Shown in pieces: positions 34,795 to 43,976 of a DNA stretch of 64,000 nucleotides (within the stretch, counting starts at the first letter, position 1; the number at the start of each line of letters is the position of its first letter). The stretch is taken from NCBI GenBank assembly GCA_963828255.1, contig CAWHDZ010000027.1, forward strand, positions 166,526 through 230,525, in the 5' to 3' direction. A program made the translations under genes and the position numbers. A model generated the notes under the pieces. That model saw only the letters and a list, made by a program, of their open reading frames with translations. It was not told the origin of the DNA and made no database searches. This DNA comes from an uncultured delta proteobacterium. GTDB taxonomy: Bacteria > Myxococcota > Myxococcia > Myxococcales > Anaeromyxobacteraceae.

Positions 34795-37700
34795 CTATTG
34801 CTTGCCCGAGAGGTCCTCGATCTCCCGCTCGACGTCCTTCCTGTCGTCGGCGTCGGGGCGCAGTGCCAGGTACTTCCGGAACTCCTGGACGGCCAGGGCC
34901 CGGTTCCCGCGCTCCTTGTTCCAGTAGGCCAGGTACAGGTGGGGCATGGCGTTCTTCGGCTCGGCCGCCGCGGCCTTCTCGTACCAGGGAACGGCCTGCC
35001 TGAGCCCCTGCGACTCGTTCACCGTCCGTGCAATGAGGAAGTAGACCTCCACGCGGGAGGGGTCGCCCTTGAGGGCCCTCTGGTAGCTGGCCACCGCCTC
35101 GGCGCTCTTGCCGGTCCGGGCCTGGCACCCGGCCAGGTCGATGCGCGCCGGCTCCAGGCCGGGGGAGAGCTCGAGCGCCTTCTGGAACTGGGGGATGGCC
35201 TGCTTGCAGTCACCCTGCTGGGCGTAGAGCCGTCCCAGCTGGTGGTAGCCATCCGGCGAGCGGGGTGCGGCGGCGATGGCGGCCCGGTAGGCCGCGAGGG
35301 CGGCCGGAGCCTGGGAGGCTCGCTCCAGGGCCTCGCCGAGCTGGATCTGGTAGGCCGCCTCGCCGGGCGCGAGCTGGGTCGCCTTGCGGAGCCGGTCCAC
35401 CGCGGTCACGGTCTCCCCCTTGGCGAGGAGCGCCTTGCCCATCCAGAAGTGGGCCTCGGCCATGTTGGCGTCGAGGTTGGTGGCCTGGTCGAGATGCTTC
35501 ATCGCCTCGTCGGCCTGCTTCTGCTCGAGGAGCACGGCGCCGAGCCGCACGCGGGCCAGCGCACCCCGCGGGTCGAGCGCCAGCGCGGTCTCGAGCGCCT
35601 TCCGGGCCGCCTCCGGCTCGCCGGCACGCCAGAGGGCCCAGCCCAGGACGAGCTGCGCCTCAGTGGATCCGGGGTCGGCGGCCACCGCCCTCTCGGCGAG
35701 GACCCGCGCGCCGGGAACGTCTCCGCGGGCGAGCAGGAGGCGGGCCAATCCGGCCAGCGCCGCCGCGCTCCGCGGATCGGCGGCTAGCGCCTTCGCGTAG
35801 GCCGCATCGGCCCCGGCGGTGTCGCCCCGGGCGAAGGCGAGCCAGCCCTGGGCGGCCAGCACCTCGGCCTCGGCCGGTCCCCTCTCCACGGCGATCTTGA
35901 GCTGCGCCTCGGCCTTCTCGAGAGCCCCCTCGGACGCGGCCAGCCGGGCCAGCGAAAGCGGCGCCTGCCAGCCTGTGGGGGCCTTGGCCGCCGCGGCCTC
36001 GAAGGCCTTCCTGGCCTCGCCGACCTTTCCGGCCCGCTGCTCGATCCCGCCCTTCACGAGGAGCAGGTCGGGGTCGTCCGGGAAACGGGACATGGCTCCG
36101 TCCAGGGTGGCCACCGCGTCGGCGGGCTTCCCGGCGGCGATCTGCGCCCTGCAGAGCATCGCCGAGGCCGAGGCCGTCCGGGTCGCGGCCGGGATGGCCT
36201 CCAGCGCGGCGATGGCCTTCACGGGATCGCCCCTGCGCAGCGCCAGGCGGCCGAGCGCGACGCGCGCGTCGGTGGCGCCCGCCCAGTCCTGCACCGCCCT
36301 GGCGAGCTCGGTCTCGGCGCCGTCCGCATCCCCGCGCCGGGCCAGCGCCGAGGCGAGGAGCAGGCGCGCCCGGGCCCGCTCCGCGGGTCCGAGCCGGTCC
36401 ACGCGCTCCTTCTCCAGCAGCGCCAGGAGCGCCGCCTCCGCGGCGGGGTCGCCCGCCCTCTCGAGGAGCGCCGCCAGGTCGAGGGCCGCAGCAGCGTTGG
36501 CCGGGTCCTTCGCGACCGCCGGCGCGAGGATGGCGCGGGCCGCCGCGTCGTCCCCCTTCTTGACCGCCGCGGCGCGCAGCCGGGCCGACCGGGTCGAGCC
36601 CGGGGAGGCCGCATCGAGCCGGTCGAGCAGGGCCGAGGCGCGGGCCGGGTCGCCGCGCACGAGCGCCGCGCGGGCCAGCAGGAAGAGCGTCTCCGGCTCG
36701 GGAGCTGCGGGGAGGACCTTCTCCAGCGCTGCGGCCGCCTGCCCCGGATCGGCGCCGGTGGCGAGGTCCGCTGCGAGCCGTGCCTCCTGCGCCGGCCAGG
36801 AGGCCGGGTCTTCGGCGACGAGCGCCGAGGCGAGCTGCCGCGCCCGCGCCCCCTGCCCATCCGCGCCGCGGGCCGCGAGCGCCGCGGAGGCGGAGGCGAG
36901 CAGCCGGACGCCCTGCGGGTCGTCCCCGCGGATCGCGAGCCCCTGCTGGGCGAACTGCAGGGCCTTCTGGTCCGAAGGGAAGGCGTCCTGTGCGAGCAGC
37001 TGGCGCCCCTCCGCCGCGAGCTTCGCGACGGCCGGATCGCTCCCCGACCGGAAGGCCTTCCAGAAGAAGGGGCCGTGGCGGGTGAAGGTGCCGGCCGTCC
37101 CGACGCCGGCGACGACGAGCAGGACGCCGGCGGCCACCGCGATCCCCAGGATCTGCTTGCGCGACAGGGAGAGGCCGGCGACCTTCTCGCGGAATCCCCC
37201 CTGCATGCGCGGCTGGAAGGGCGCGGGCACCGACCCCGGTGCGGAGCGGGTCGCTGGCTCCGACACCAGCGGCGCCTCGTTCATGCGCTTGACCGAGGCC
37301 GCGAACGGGCCCGGCGCTCCGATGGCGATCCAGTCGTCGCCGTCCCCGAGGCAGACGTCCTCGTTGCCGTTCAGCTCCCCCTTGCCGAGCATCTCCACGA
37401 TCTCGCGCTCGGAGAAGGGGCCGAAGACGCGCCCGGACGGGCGGCGGACCCGGTAGCCGGCCTCGCCCGTCCTGCGCGGCGGCGGGGACGGCGCGGGGGG
37501 CGGCGCCCCATCTCCACCGCCCGTGAACAGCATCTCCAGCTCCTCGTCGGCCGGCGGGGAGGCGGCGGCCCGCGCACCGATCGCCGCGAAGGGGTCTGGC
37601 GCCGCGACCCGGTCGGGCGGCCCCTGGTCGAGCGGAACCTCGCCGAAGGAGAACCGCTCCGGTGGCGGGGCGTCGACGGCCGGCTCCCTCTCCGCCTCCG

Positions 37701-38328
37701 GCTCCGGCTCCGGCTCCGGTGCCGGTTCGGGCTCGACTTCGGCTTCGGCTTCGGCTTCGGCTTCGGGCGGCTGGTCGGCGATCGCGTCCAGCACGTCGGG
37801 CTCGTCCGGCCCGGAGGGCAGGAGCGTCTCGCTGGAATCGAGCGGCTCCTCCGGCGGCGGCCACCTCTGGCTCCTCTCCCCACCCGGGGGTGGAGGGAGC
37901 GGGATGGCTCCGGTGGGGCTCGAGAAGACCTCGGGCGGCTCCTCGGCGGGAGGAGGCCCGGGTGGCTCCACCTCCAGCGGTGCGCCCTCCTGCGGCTGGA
38001 AGAGCTCCTCCACGGCGGGCTCCGGCGGGGGCGCCTTGCCGGGGAGGCGAACGGGGTCGTCCGACTGGATGGACGCCGCCGGGGCCGGGGGCCGCGCCAT
38101 GCCCACCATGGTCATCCCGGCCGGCGGCGGGGGGCGCGGTGCGCCCGCCATGGTCGGCACGGGGCCGGCGACGGGCGGCTGTCCAGACATGGTGGTCGAG
38201 GTGGACTGGGCGACCCGGACCGAGAAGACCCTGTCGCACTGCGGGCAACGAACGCGAAGGCCGCTCTGGGGAATCTTCTCCGGGTCGACGTCGTAGCCGG
38301 CCTGGCACTGCGGACAGGTGATGCGCAT
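34795..38328 (-). CDS. Zinc-ribbon (MJ0042-finger) / GYF-like / TM / TPR-array membrane protein
   Basis: CPQC..VRCPQC N-terminus; Pro/Glu-rich linker; VFGPFS..EI..ML..GEL GYF-like domain; one TM; long TPR array. Confidence 0.85.
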   Translation of the reverse strand: MRITCPQCQAGYDVDPEKIPQSGLRVRCPQCDRVFSVRVAQSTSTTMSGQPPVAGPVPTMAGAPRPPPPAGMTMVGMARPPAPAASIQSDDPVRLPGKAPPPEPAVEELFQPQEGAPLEVEPPGPPPAEEPPEVFSSPTGAIPLPPPPGGERSQRWPPPEEPLDSSETLLPSGPDEPDVLDAIADQPPEAEAEAEAEVEPEPAPEPEPEPEAEREPAVDAPPPERFSFGEVPLDQGPPDRVAAPDPFAAIGARAAASPPADEELEMLFTGGGDGAPPPAPSPPPRRTGEAGYRVRRPSGRVFGPFSEREIVEMLGKGELNGNEDVCLGDGDDWIAIGAPGPFAASVKRMNEAPLVSEPATRSAPGSVPAPFQPRMQGGFREKVAGLSLSRKQILGIAVAAGVLLVVAGVGTAGTFTRHGPFFWKAFRSGSDPAVAKLAAEGRQLLAQDAFPSDQKALQFAQQGLAIRGDDPQGVRLLASASAALAARGADGQGARARQLASALVAEDPASWPAQEARLAADLATGADPGQAAAALEKVLPAAPEPETLFLLARAALVRGDPARASALLDRLDAASPGSTRSARLRAAAVKKGDDAAARAILAPAVAKDPANAAAALDLAALLERAGDPAAEAALLALLEKERVDRLGPAERARARLLLASALARRGDADGAETELARAVQDWAGATDARVALGRLALRRGDPVKAIAALEAIPAATRTASASAMLCRAQIAAGKPADAVATLDGAMSRFPDDPDLLLVKGGIEQRAGKVGEARKAFEAAAAKAPTGWQAPLSLARLAASEGALEKAEAQLKIAVERGPAEAEVLAAQGWLAFARGDTAGADAAYAKALAADPRSAAALAGLARLLLARGDVPGARVLAERAVAADPGSTEAQLVLGWALWRAGEPEAARKALETALALDPRGALARVRLGAVLLEQKQADEAMKHLDQATNLDANMAEAHFWMGKALLAKGETVTAVDRLRKATQLAPGEAAYQIQLGEALERASQAPAALAAYRAAIAAAPRSPDGYHQLGRLYAQQGDCKQAIPQFQKALELSPGLEPARIDLAGCQARTGKSAEAVASYQRALKGDPSRVEVYFLIARTVNESQGLRQAVPWYEKAAAAEPKNAMPHLYLAYWNKERGNRALAVQEFRKYLALRPDADDRKDVEREIEDLSGKQ
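37696..37766. repeat. Coding hexamer microsatellites (CTCCGG)n and (CTTCGG)n encoding (EP)n/(EA)n
   Basis: Visible tandem 6-mers within the linker of the TPR protein. Confidence 0.7.
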
Positions 38329-38407
38329 CGTCAGAACCCTCGAGCCCCGCGCTCTGGCGCCGGGGCAGGCTGCGTGCTAGCTAGGAACGGGAATCGTACC
38401 GCCGCCC

Positions 38408-39721
38408 GTGAACCAAGCGCCAACAAACAGCGACGTGCTCGTCCTTGGAGCGGGCCTGGCGGGGGTCTCCGCGGCCCTGGCGCTCGGCGGGGGCTACCGC
38501 CTGGTCGAGCGCGAGTCCCGCCCGGGTGGCCTGTGCCGGACCGACGTCCGGGACGGCTTCGCCCAGGACATGACCGGCCACTGGCTCCACCTCCGCGACC
38601 CAGATGTCCGGGCGCTGGTCCACGACGTCCTCCCGGGGGGGTGGCTCACCGTCCAGCGGCGCGCGGCCATCTGGTCCCACGGCGTCTTCACCCGCTACCC
38701 GTACCAGGTGAACACCCAGGGGCTTCCCCCGGGGGTGGTGGCCGAGAACGTCCTCGGGTTCATCGACGCCCACCTGGGCGAGAAGGGGCGCGAGCTCCGG
38801 GAGCGGGTGCCGCGCAACTTCGCCGAGTTCGTCCTGCGCCACCTCGGCACGGGCATCGCCCGGAACTTCATGTTCCCCTACAACGAGAAGCTCTGGACGG
38901 TCCCGGCCCCGGAGCTGACCATCGAGTGGATGGGTCGCTTCGTGCCCCGTCCCACCCTGGAGCAGGTGGTCCGCGGCGCGCTCGGGCTCGAGGGGGACGC
39001 CGAGGGCTACAGCGCGACCTTCCTCTACCCGCGCGAGGGAGGCATCGAGACCTTCGTCCGCGCGCTCGTGGCCCGGCTGCCCAGGGCCCCCGAGTGCGGG
39101 GTGCGCCCCCTCACCATCGACCCGATCCGCAGGGTGGCCATCCTCTCCACCGGAGAGGAGGTCCGGTACCGGGCCGTGGTCTCGAGCGTCCCGCTCCCCG
39201 AGATGGTGCAGCTCGTCGGCGGAGCGCCCTCCTCGGTGCTCGAGGCTGCCCGGCTGCTCCGCGCCGCGACGGTCACCTACGTGAACGTCGCCGCCCGCGA
39301 CGTCGGCGCGCCCCCCTGGCACTGGGTCTACCTTCCGGAGACGAAGCTGCGACCCTACCGCGTGGGTTCGGCGTCGGCCGCGGTTCCGTCGATCGCGCCG
39401 CCGGGGTTCCGCAGCTTCTACGTCGAGATGTCGGGCCGTGAGCCGGTCCCGCCCGCCGAGGCCAAGCGGGCCGCCCTGGAGGCGCTGCTCGCAGTCGGCA
39501 TGATCGGCTCGCCAGCCGACGTGCGGTTCGCCGAGGTGCGCACCATCCCCCAGGCCTACGTGATCCACGACCGCGCCTACGGAGCGGCCCGGAGCGCGGT
39601 CCGCGACTGGCTCGCCGAGCGCGACGTGCTCGTGGCAGGGCGATCGGGCAACTGGGAGTACTCCTCCATGGAGGACGCCCTGCTCGCCGGGCGGCAGGTG
39701 GCACGGCAGCTGAAGCGCTGA
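38408..39721 (+). CDS. FAD-dependent oxidoreductase (protoporphyrinogen oxidase/UDP-galactopyranose mutase-like)
   Basis: GAGLAG, GGLCRT, GHWLH, PYNEKLW, FLYP..GG, GR.G.WEY.SMED. Confidence 0.8.
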   Translation: MNQAPTNSDVLVLGAGLAGVSAALALGGGYRLVERESRPGGLCRTDVRDGFAQDMTGHWLHLRDPDVRALVHDVLPGGWLTVQRRAAIWSHGVFTRYPYQVNTQGLPPGVVAENVLGFIDAHLGEKGRELRERVPRNFAEFVLRHLGTGIARNFMFPYNEKLWTVPAPELTIEWMGRFVPRPTLEQVVRGALGLEGDAEGYSATFLYPREGGIETFVRALVARLPRAPECGVRPLTIDPIRRVAILSTGEEVRYRAVVSSVPLPEMVQLVGGAPSSVLEAARLLRAATVTYVNVAARDVGAPPWHWVYLPETKLRPYRVGSASAAVPSIAPPGFRSFYVEMSGREPVPPAEAKRAALEALLAVGMIGSPADVRFAEVRTIPQAYVIHDRAYGAARSAVRDWLAERDVLVAGRSGNWEYSSMEDALLAGRQVARQLKR

Positions 39722-39736
39722 GCTGGACCGGACCGC

Positions 39737-40501
39737 ATGCCCGCCGGCACCCCCGACCTGAGCATCGTCGTCCCCGTCTACAACGAGGAGGGGATCGTCG
39801 CCTCGGCCTGTCTCGAGCTCATGGCGGCGCTCGACGCCCGGGGATGGGACTACGAGCTCCTCCTCACCGAGAACGGCTCCCGCGACCGGACCGTGGCCAT
39901 CCTCGAGGAGCTGGCCCGGGCACATCCACGGTTCCGCCACCTCCACTCCCCCGAGCCCAACTACGGCCAGGCGCTCCGCCGCGGCATCCTCGAGGCCCGC
40001 GGCCGCTTCGTGGTCGCCGACGAGATCGACCTCTGCGACCCCGGCTTCTACGACCGCGCCCTGCCCATCCTCGCGCGCGGGGAGGCCGACATGGTGGTTG
40101 GATCGAAGCGGGCCCCCGGATCGGTGGACGGCCGGCCGGCCTTCCGGCGCCTCGCCACCTGGGTCCACAACACGGTCCTCCGCCTGGTCCTGGGCTTCCG
40201 CGGCACCGACACCCACGGGGTGAAGGCCTTCTCCCGCGAGGCCATCGCCCCGGTGGCCTCCCGCTGCGTGGTGGACCGGGACGTCTTCGCGAGCGAGCTC
40301 GTCCTGCGGGCCGGCATGGAAGGGAGGCAGGTGGTGGAGATTCCCATCGAGCTCCACGAGAAGCGCGCCCCCTCCATCGGCCTGCTGCGGCGGGTCCCCA
40401 ACGTCCTGCGGCAGGTCGTCCGGCTGTTCTGGGTCCTCCGCGTCAGCGCGCCGGTCCGCGCCGGGTCGGGGCCCCGGGCGGCGAAGCGCCCCCCGGCGTG
40501 A
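39737..40501 (+). CDS. GT2 glycosyltransferase (polyprenol-phosphate glycosyltransferase-like)
   Basis: LSIVVPVYNEE, NGSRDRT, NYGQA, DTHGVKAF. Confidence 0.88.
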   Translation: MPAGTPDLSIVVPVYNEEGIVASACLELMAALDARGWDYELLLTENGSRDRTVAILEELARAHPRFRHLHSPEPNYGQALRRGILEARGRFVVADEIDLCDPGFYDRALPILARGEADMVVGSKRAPGSVDGRPAFRRLATWVHNTVLRLVLGFRGTDTHGVKAFSREAIAPVASRCVVDRDVFASELVLRAGMEGRQVVEIPIELHEKRAPSIGLLRRVPNVLRQVVRLFWVLRVSAPVRAGSGPRAAKRPPA

Positions 40502-40513
40502 TAGATCGAGCCG

Positions 40514-41368
40514 ATGGCGGGCATCGGCGACGAGATCCAGGAACGGCTGCGGCGCTGGACGCTGGAGCTGGGCGGTCCCGGGACCCGGGAGCGGCTCGCG
40601 AAGCTCACCCCGCCCCGCAACGAGTACGGGGTCGATCCCTACGGCTTCGACGTGGACTTCATGCAGGCCGCGGCCGCGCCGGTGCTCTGGCTCTACCGGA
40701 AGTACTTCCGGGTGAAGGCCATCGGGCTCGAGAACGTGCCCAGCGAGGGGCCGGTGCTCCTCGTCGGCAACCACTCCGGCCAGCTCCCCTTCGACGCCGC
40801 CATGGTCGAGGCCGCCTGCCTCGTGGACAAGGACCCGCCCCGCGCGGTCCGCGCCCTCGTGGACAAGTGGGTCCCCACCCTCCCCTTCGTCTCCACCCTC
40901 TTCGCCCGCTGCGGACAGGTCGTGGGCACGCCGGAGAACTGCCGGCGGCTGCTCTCCGCCGGCGAGGCGCTCCTGGTCTTCCCGGAGGGGACGCGGGGGC
41001 TCAACAAGCCCTTCTCCCAGCGCTACCAGCTGCAGGGGTTCGGGCTCGGGTTCATGCGCCTCGCCCTCGAGAACGGCGTCCCCATCGTCCCGGTGGGCGT
41101 GGTGGGCGCCGAGGAGCAGGCCCCGGCCATCTTCGACATCCAGCCGCTCGCGAAGCTCCTCTCCTTCCCCCACTTCCCCGTCACCCTCACCGGGCTTCCC
41201 CTGCCCATGCCGGTGCGCTACCGGATCTGGTTCGGCGAGCCCCTGCGTTTCACTGGACGTGCAGACGACGAGGACGCGGTCCTGGAGGGCAAGGTGGCCC
41301 GGGTGCGCGACGCGCTGGCGGCGCTGCTGGCCCGAGGCATCGCCGAGCGGGAGCACGTGTTCTGGTGA
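40514..41368 (+). CDS. Lysophospholipid acyltransferase (PlsC family)
   Basis: NHSGQLPFD, VFPEG, PIVPV. Confidence 0.9.
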   Translation: MAGIGDEIQERLRRWTLELGGPGTRERLAKLTPPRNEYGVDPYGFDVDFMQAAAAPVLWLYRKYFRVKAIGLENVPSEGPVLLVGNHSGQLPFDAAMVEAACLVDKDPPRAVRALVDKWVPTLPFVSTLFARCGQVVGTPENCRRLLSAGEALLVFPEGTRGLNKPFSQRYQLQGFGLGFMRLALENGVPIVPVGVVGAEEQAPAIFDIQPLAKLLSFPHFPVTLTGLPLPMPVRYRIWFGEPLRFTGRADDEDAVLEGKVARVRDALAALLARGIAEREHVFW

Positions 41369-41373
41369 GCCCG

Positions 41374-42300
41374 ATGCCCTCCAGCGTGGCCATCACCGGC
41401 ATCGCCGGGAACCTGGGGCGGAAGCTCGCCCGGATCCTCCACGGCGACACCCGGGTGATCGGGTTCGACCGGCGCCCGCTGCGGGACCGCCCCAAGGACG
41501 TCGAGCACCACCAGCTCGACATCCGCAAGGCCCGTGTCGAGGACGTCTTCCGGCGGGGCGGGGTCCAGGCCATCGCCCACCTGGGGCTGAAGCACGACCC
41601 GCGCGACGAGGCCGCCGAGGCCCACGACTTCAACGTGGCCGGCACCCAGAAGCTCTTCGACATCGCCGCGCGCCACGGGGTGAAGAAGGTGGTGCTGCTC
41701 TCCAGCGCCAACGTCTACGGCCCGGCGCCGGGGAACCCCAACTTCCTCCCCGAGGAGACGCCGCTGCTCGGCGCGGCCCGCATGCCCGGATTCCGCGACC
41801 TCATCGAGGTCGACATGTACGCCCAGTCGTTCATGTGGCGGCACCCGGAGATCGAGACGGTCATCCTCCGGCCGGTGAACATCGTCGGCCCCACCGTGCG
41901 CAACGCCCCCTCCAACTACCTGCGGCTCGAGCGCCCCGTCACCGTGCTGGGCTTCGACCCGATGATCCAGGTGATCCACGAGGAGGACGTCTGCCGGGCC
42001 ATCGCGCTGGCGCTCCGCCCGGGGATCCGCGGCGTCTACAACGTGACCGGGCCCGGGGAGGTCCCGCTCTCCGCGGCGTTGCGCGAGCTGGGGCGCGAGC
42101 CGGTCCCGCTCCCCCACTTCCTGGTCCGCCCGGTGGTGAAGCGGCTCTTCGACGCGCGCCTCTCCAGCTACCCCCCCGGGGAGGTGGACTACATCCAGTA
42201 CCTCTGCGCGGTGGACGGCTCGCGCTTCGTCCGGGACACCGGCTGGACCCCCCTCCATTCCATCCGGGACACCTTGCGAAGCGTCCTGGTGGGACGGTGA
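41374..42300 (+). CDS. NAD-dependent epimerase/dehydratase
   Basis: ITGIAGNLG, HL, NVAGT, SSANVYG, LRP.NIVGP. Confidence 0.88.
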   Translation: MPSSVAITGIAGNLGRKLARILHGDTRVIGFDRRPLRDRPKDVEHHQLDIRKARVEDVFRRGGVQAIAHLGLKHDPRDEAAEAHDFNVAGTQKLFDIAARHGVKKVVLLSSANVYGPAPGNPNFLPEETPLLGAARMPGFRDLIEVDMYAQSFMWRHPEIETVILRPVNIVGPTVRNAPSNYLRLERPVTVLGFDPMIQVIHEEDVCRAIALALRPGIRGVYNVTGPGEVPLSAALRELGREPVPLPHFLVRPVVKRLFDARLSSYPPGEVDYIQYLCAVDGSRFVRDTGWTPLHSIRDTLRSVLVGR

Positions 42301-43190
42301 GGGACCTCCTGCTCCGCGGCCTGGTCCGCGCCCCGGACCTGCGGCTCGTCCTGGTCGAGGCCACCGACCTGTCCCGCATGGCCCGCATGCTCCACGGGCT
42401 CGCTCCCACCAGCGCCGCGGTCTTCGCCGAGGCGCTGGCCGCCGGGCTCCTGCTCGGCGCGCTGCAGAAGGAACGCACCCGGGTGAACCTCTCCCTCGAG
42501 GTGGACGGCCCGCTCTCCGGCGTGCTCGTGGACGCCGACACCGAAGGCAACATCCGGGGCAGGATCCGGCGCCCCGACGTCCACTTCCGGGGCGACCCCT
42601 CGGTCGGTCCACGGGCCGCCCTGGGCGGGTCGGGGACCCTGTCGGTGCTCCGCGACGGGGGCGAGGGGAAGTTCTACCGGGGCTCGGTGGAGTTCCTCCC
42701 GGGGACGCTCACCGACAACCTGCGCCGCTACTTCGCGGCGAGCGAGCAGGTGGCGACCGTCCTCGACGTCCGGGTGCTCCCCGCCAGCCAGGAGCCGCTC
42801 GGGGCGGTGGCGGGGATCGTGGTCCAGAAGATGCCGGAGGGGAGCCTTGCGGCACTCCAGCAGATCGGGGAGCGGCTCGAGGCGGGGGCCTTCCGGGACG
42901 CGCTCGCAGGCGGCCTGGGCGGCGAGGCGCTGGCCCGGGCCGTGGTCGGCGACGACCTCGCGGTCCTCTCCACCGGGGAGGTCTCCTACCTCTGCAACTG
43001 CGACCGGGCCCGGGCCGTGAACGCCGTGTCGGCGCTCGGGCCCGACGGGATCCGCTCCGTCCTGGCCGAGGAACGGCAGGTGGTGATCGACTGCGAGTTC
43101 TGCAAGAAGCGGTACGTGATCGACGAGGCCGAACTGGCCGACATCGCCCGGCGGCTGGAGGGCGGGGTGCCCGGCGGAGCCAAGGCCTGA
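42297..43190 (+). CDS. hslO: Hsp33 redox-regulated chaperone
   Basis: [26 protein letters not shown], CxC...CEFC zinc motif. Confidence 0.92.
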   Translation: MRDLLLRGLVRAPDLRLVLVEATDLSRMARMLHGLAPTSAAVFAEALAAGLLLGALQKERTRVNLSLEVDGPLSGVLVDADTEGNIRGRIRRPDVHFRGDPSVGPRAALGGSGTLSVLRDGGEGKFYRGSVEFLPGTLTDNLRRYFAASEQVATVLDVRVLPASQEPLGAVAGIVVQKMPEGSLAALQQIGERLEAGAFRDALAGGLGGEALARAVVGDDLAVLSTGEVSYLCNCDRARAVNAVSALGPDGIRSVLAEERQVVIDCEFCKKRYVIDEAELADIARRLEGGVPGGAKA

Positions 43191-43267
43191 GCCGGAGCCC
43201 CGCGCCGGGCCCGGACGCGTGCTAGATTCCCCTTCCCGGCCCGAGGGCCACAGCGCGGAGGCCCGCC

Positions 43268-43957
43268 ATCGCCCCCCCGAAGAAGTCCCTGACGAAGAAG
43301 ACGAAGAAGAAGAAGAGCCCTCCGAAGCCCGCCCGCCGCCCTGCGCGCGCGGCCGCGAAGCCGGCCGGGAAGGGGAAGGCTGCGCGCCCCAGGCGGCCTC
43401 GCGCCGAGCAGCCGCTCGGCGTCGGCGTGGGAGACGCCTGGGCCGTCGAGCGCATGGGCGGCGTGCCCGCGCCCGCCGGCGGCGCAGGCGCCGTCCGCGA
43501 GCTGACCTGGCTCGAGTTCGGCTCCATCGTGCGCGACCTCGGCGCGCGCATCGCCGCGGGCTTCCAGCCCGACGTGGTCCTGGGCGTGGCCAGGGGCGGC
43601 ATCTTCGTGGGCGGCGCGCTGGCCGCCCCGGTGCGGGCCGAGTTCCTCCCGGTTCGGGTGGAGAAGCGGTCCCGCGACCGGCGGGCGGTCCCCACCTTCC
43701 GGGTCCCCGAGGCCCGCGGCAAGAAGGTCCTCGTGGTGGACGACGTGACCAACTCCGGCGAGACGCTGGCCAAGGCCAAGGCGCTGGCCATGCGCTCCGG
43801 GGCCCGCGAGGTCCAGTCGGCGGCGCTGGTGGTGCGGCCGGGCGGCTCGAGACCGGAGTGGTTCGCGCTGGAGACCGCGCAGCTCATCGTCTTCCCCTGG
43901 GACTACCAGCTCGACGCCGGTGGCCCTGTCGTCGATCCCGGCACCGTCGGGGTCTGA
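43268..43957 (+). CDS. Type I phosphoribosyltransferase with Lys/Arg-rich N-terminal extension (putative ATC start; conservative start GTG 43427)
   Basis: [32 protein letters not shown] 6 nt before ATC. Confidence 0.75.
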   Translation: MAPPKKSLTKKTKKKKSPPKPARRPARAAAKPAGKGKAARPRRPRAEQPLGVGVGDAWAVERMGGVPAPAGGAGAVRELTWLEFGSIVRDLGARIAAGFQPDVVLGVARGGIFVGGALAAPVRAEFLPVRVEKRSRDRRAVPTFRVPEARGKKVLVVDDVTNSGETLAKAKALAMRSGAREVQSAALVVRPGGSRPEWFALETAQLIVFPWDYQLDAGGPVVDPGTVGV

Positions 43958-43976
43958 CCCTGGGCAGGAGCGCCGA

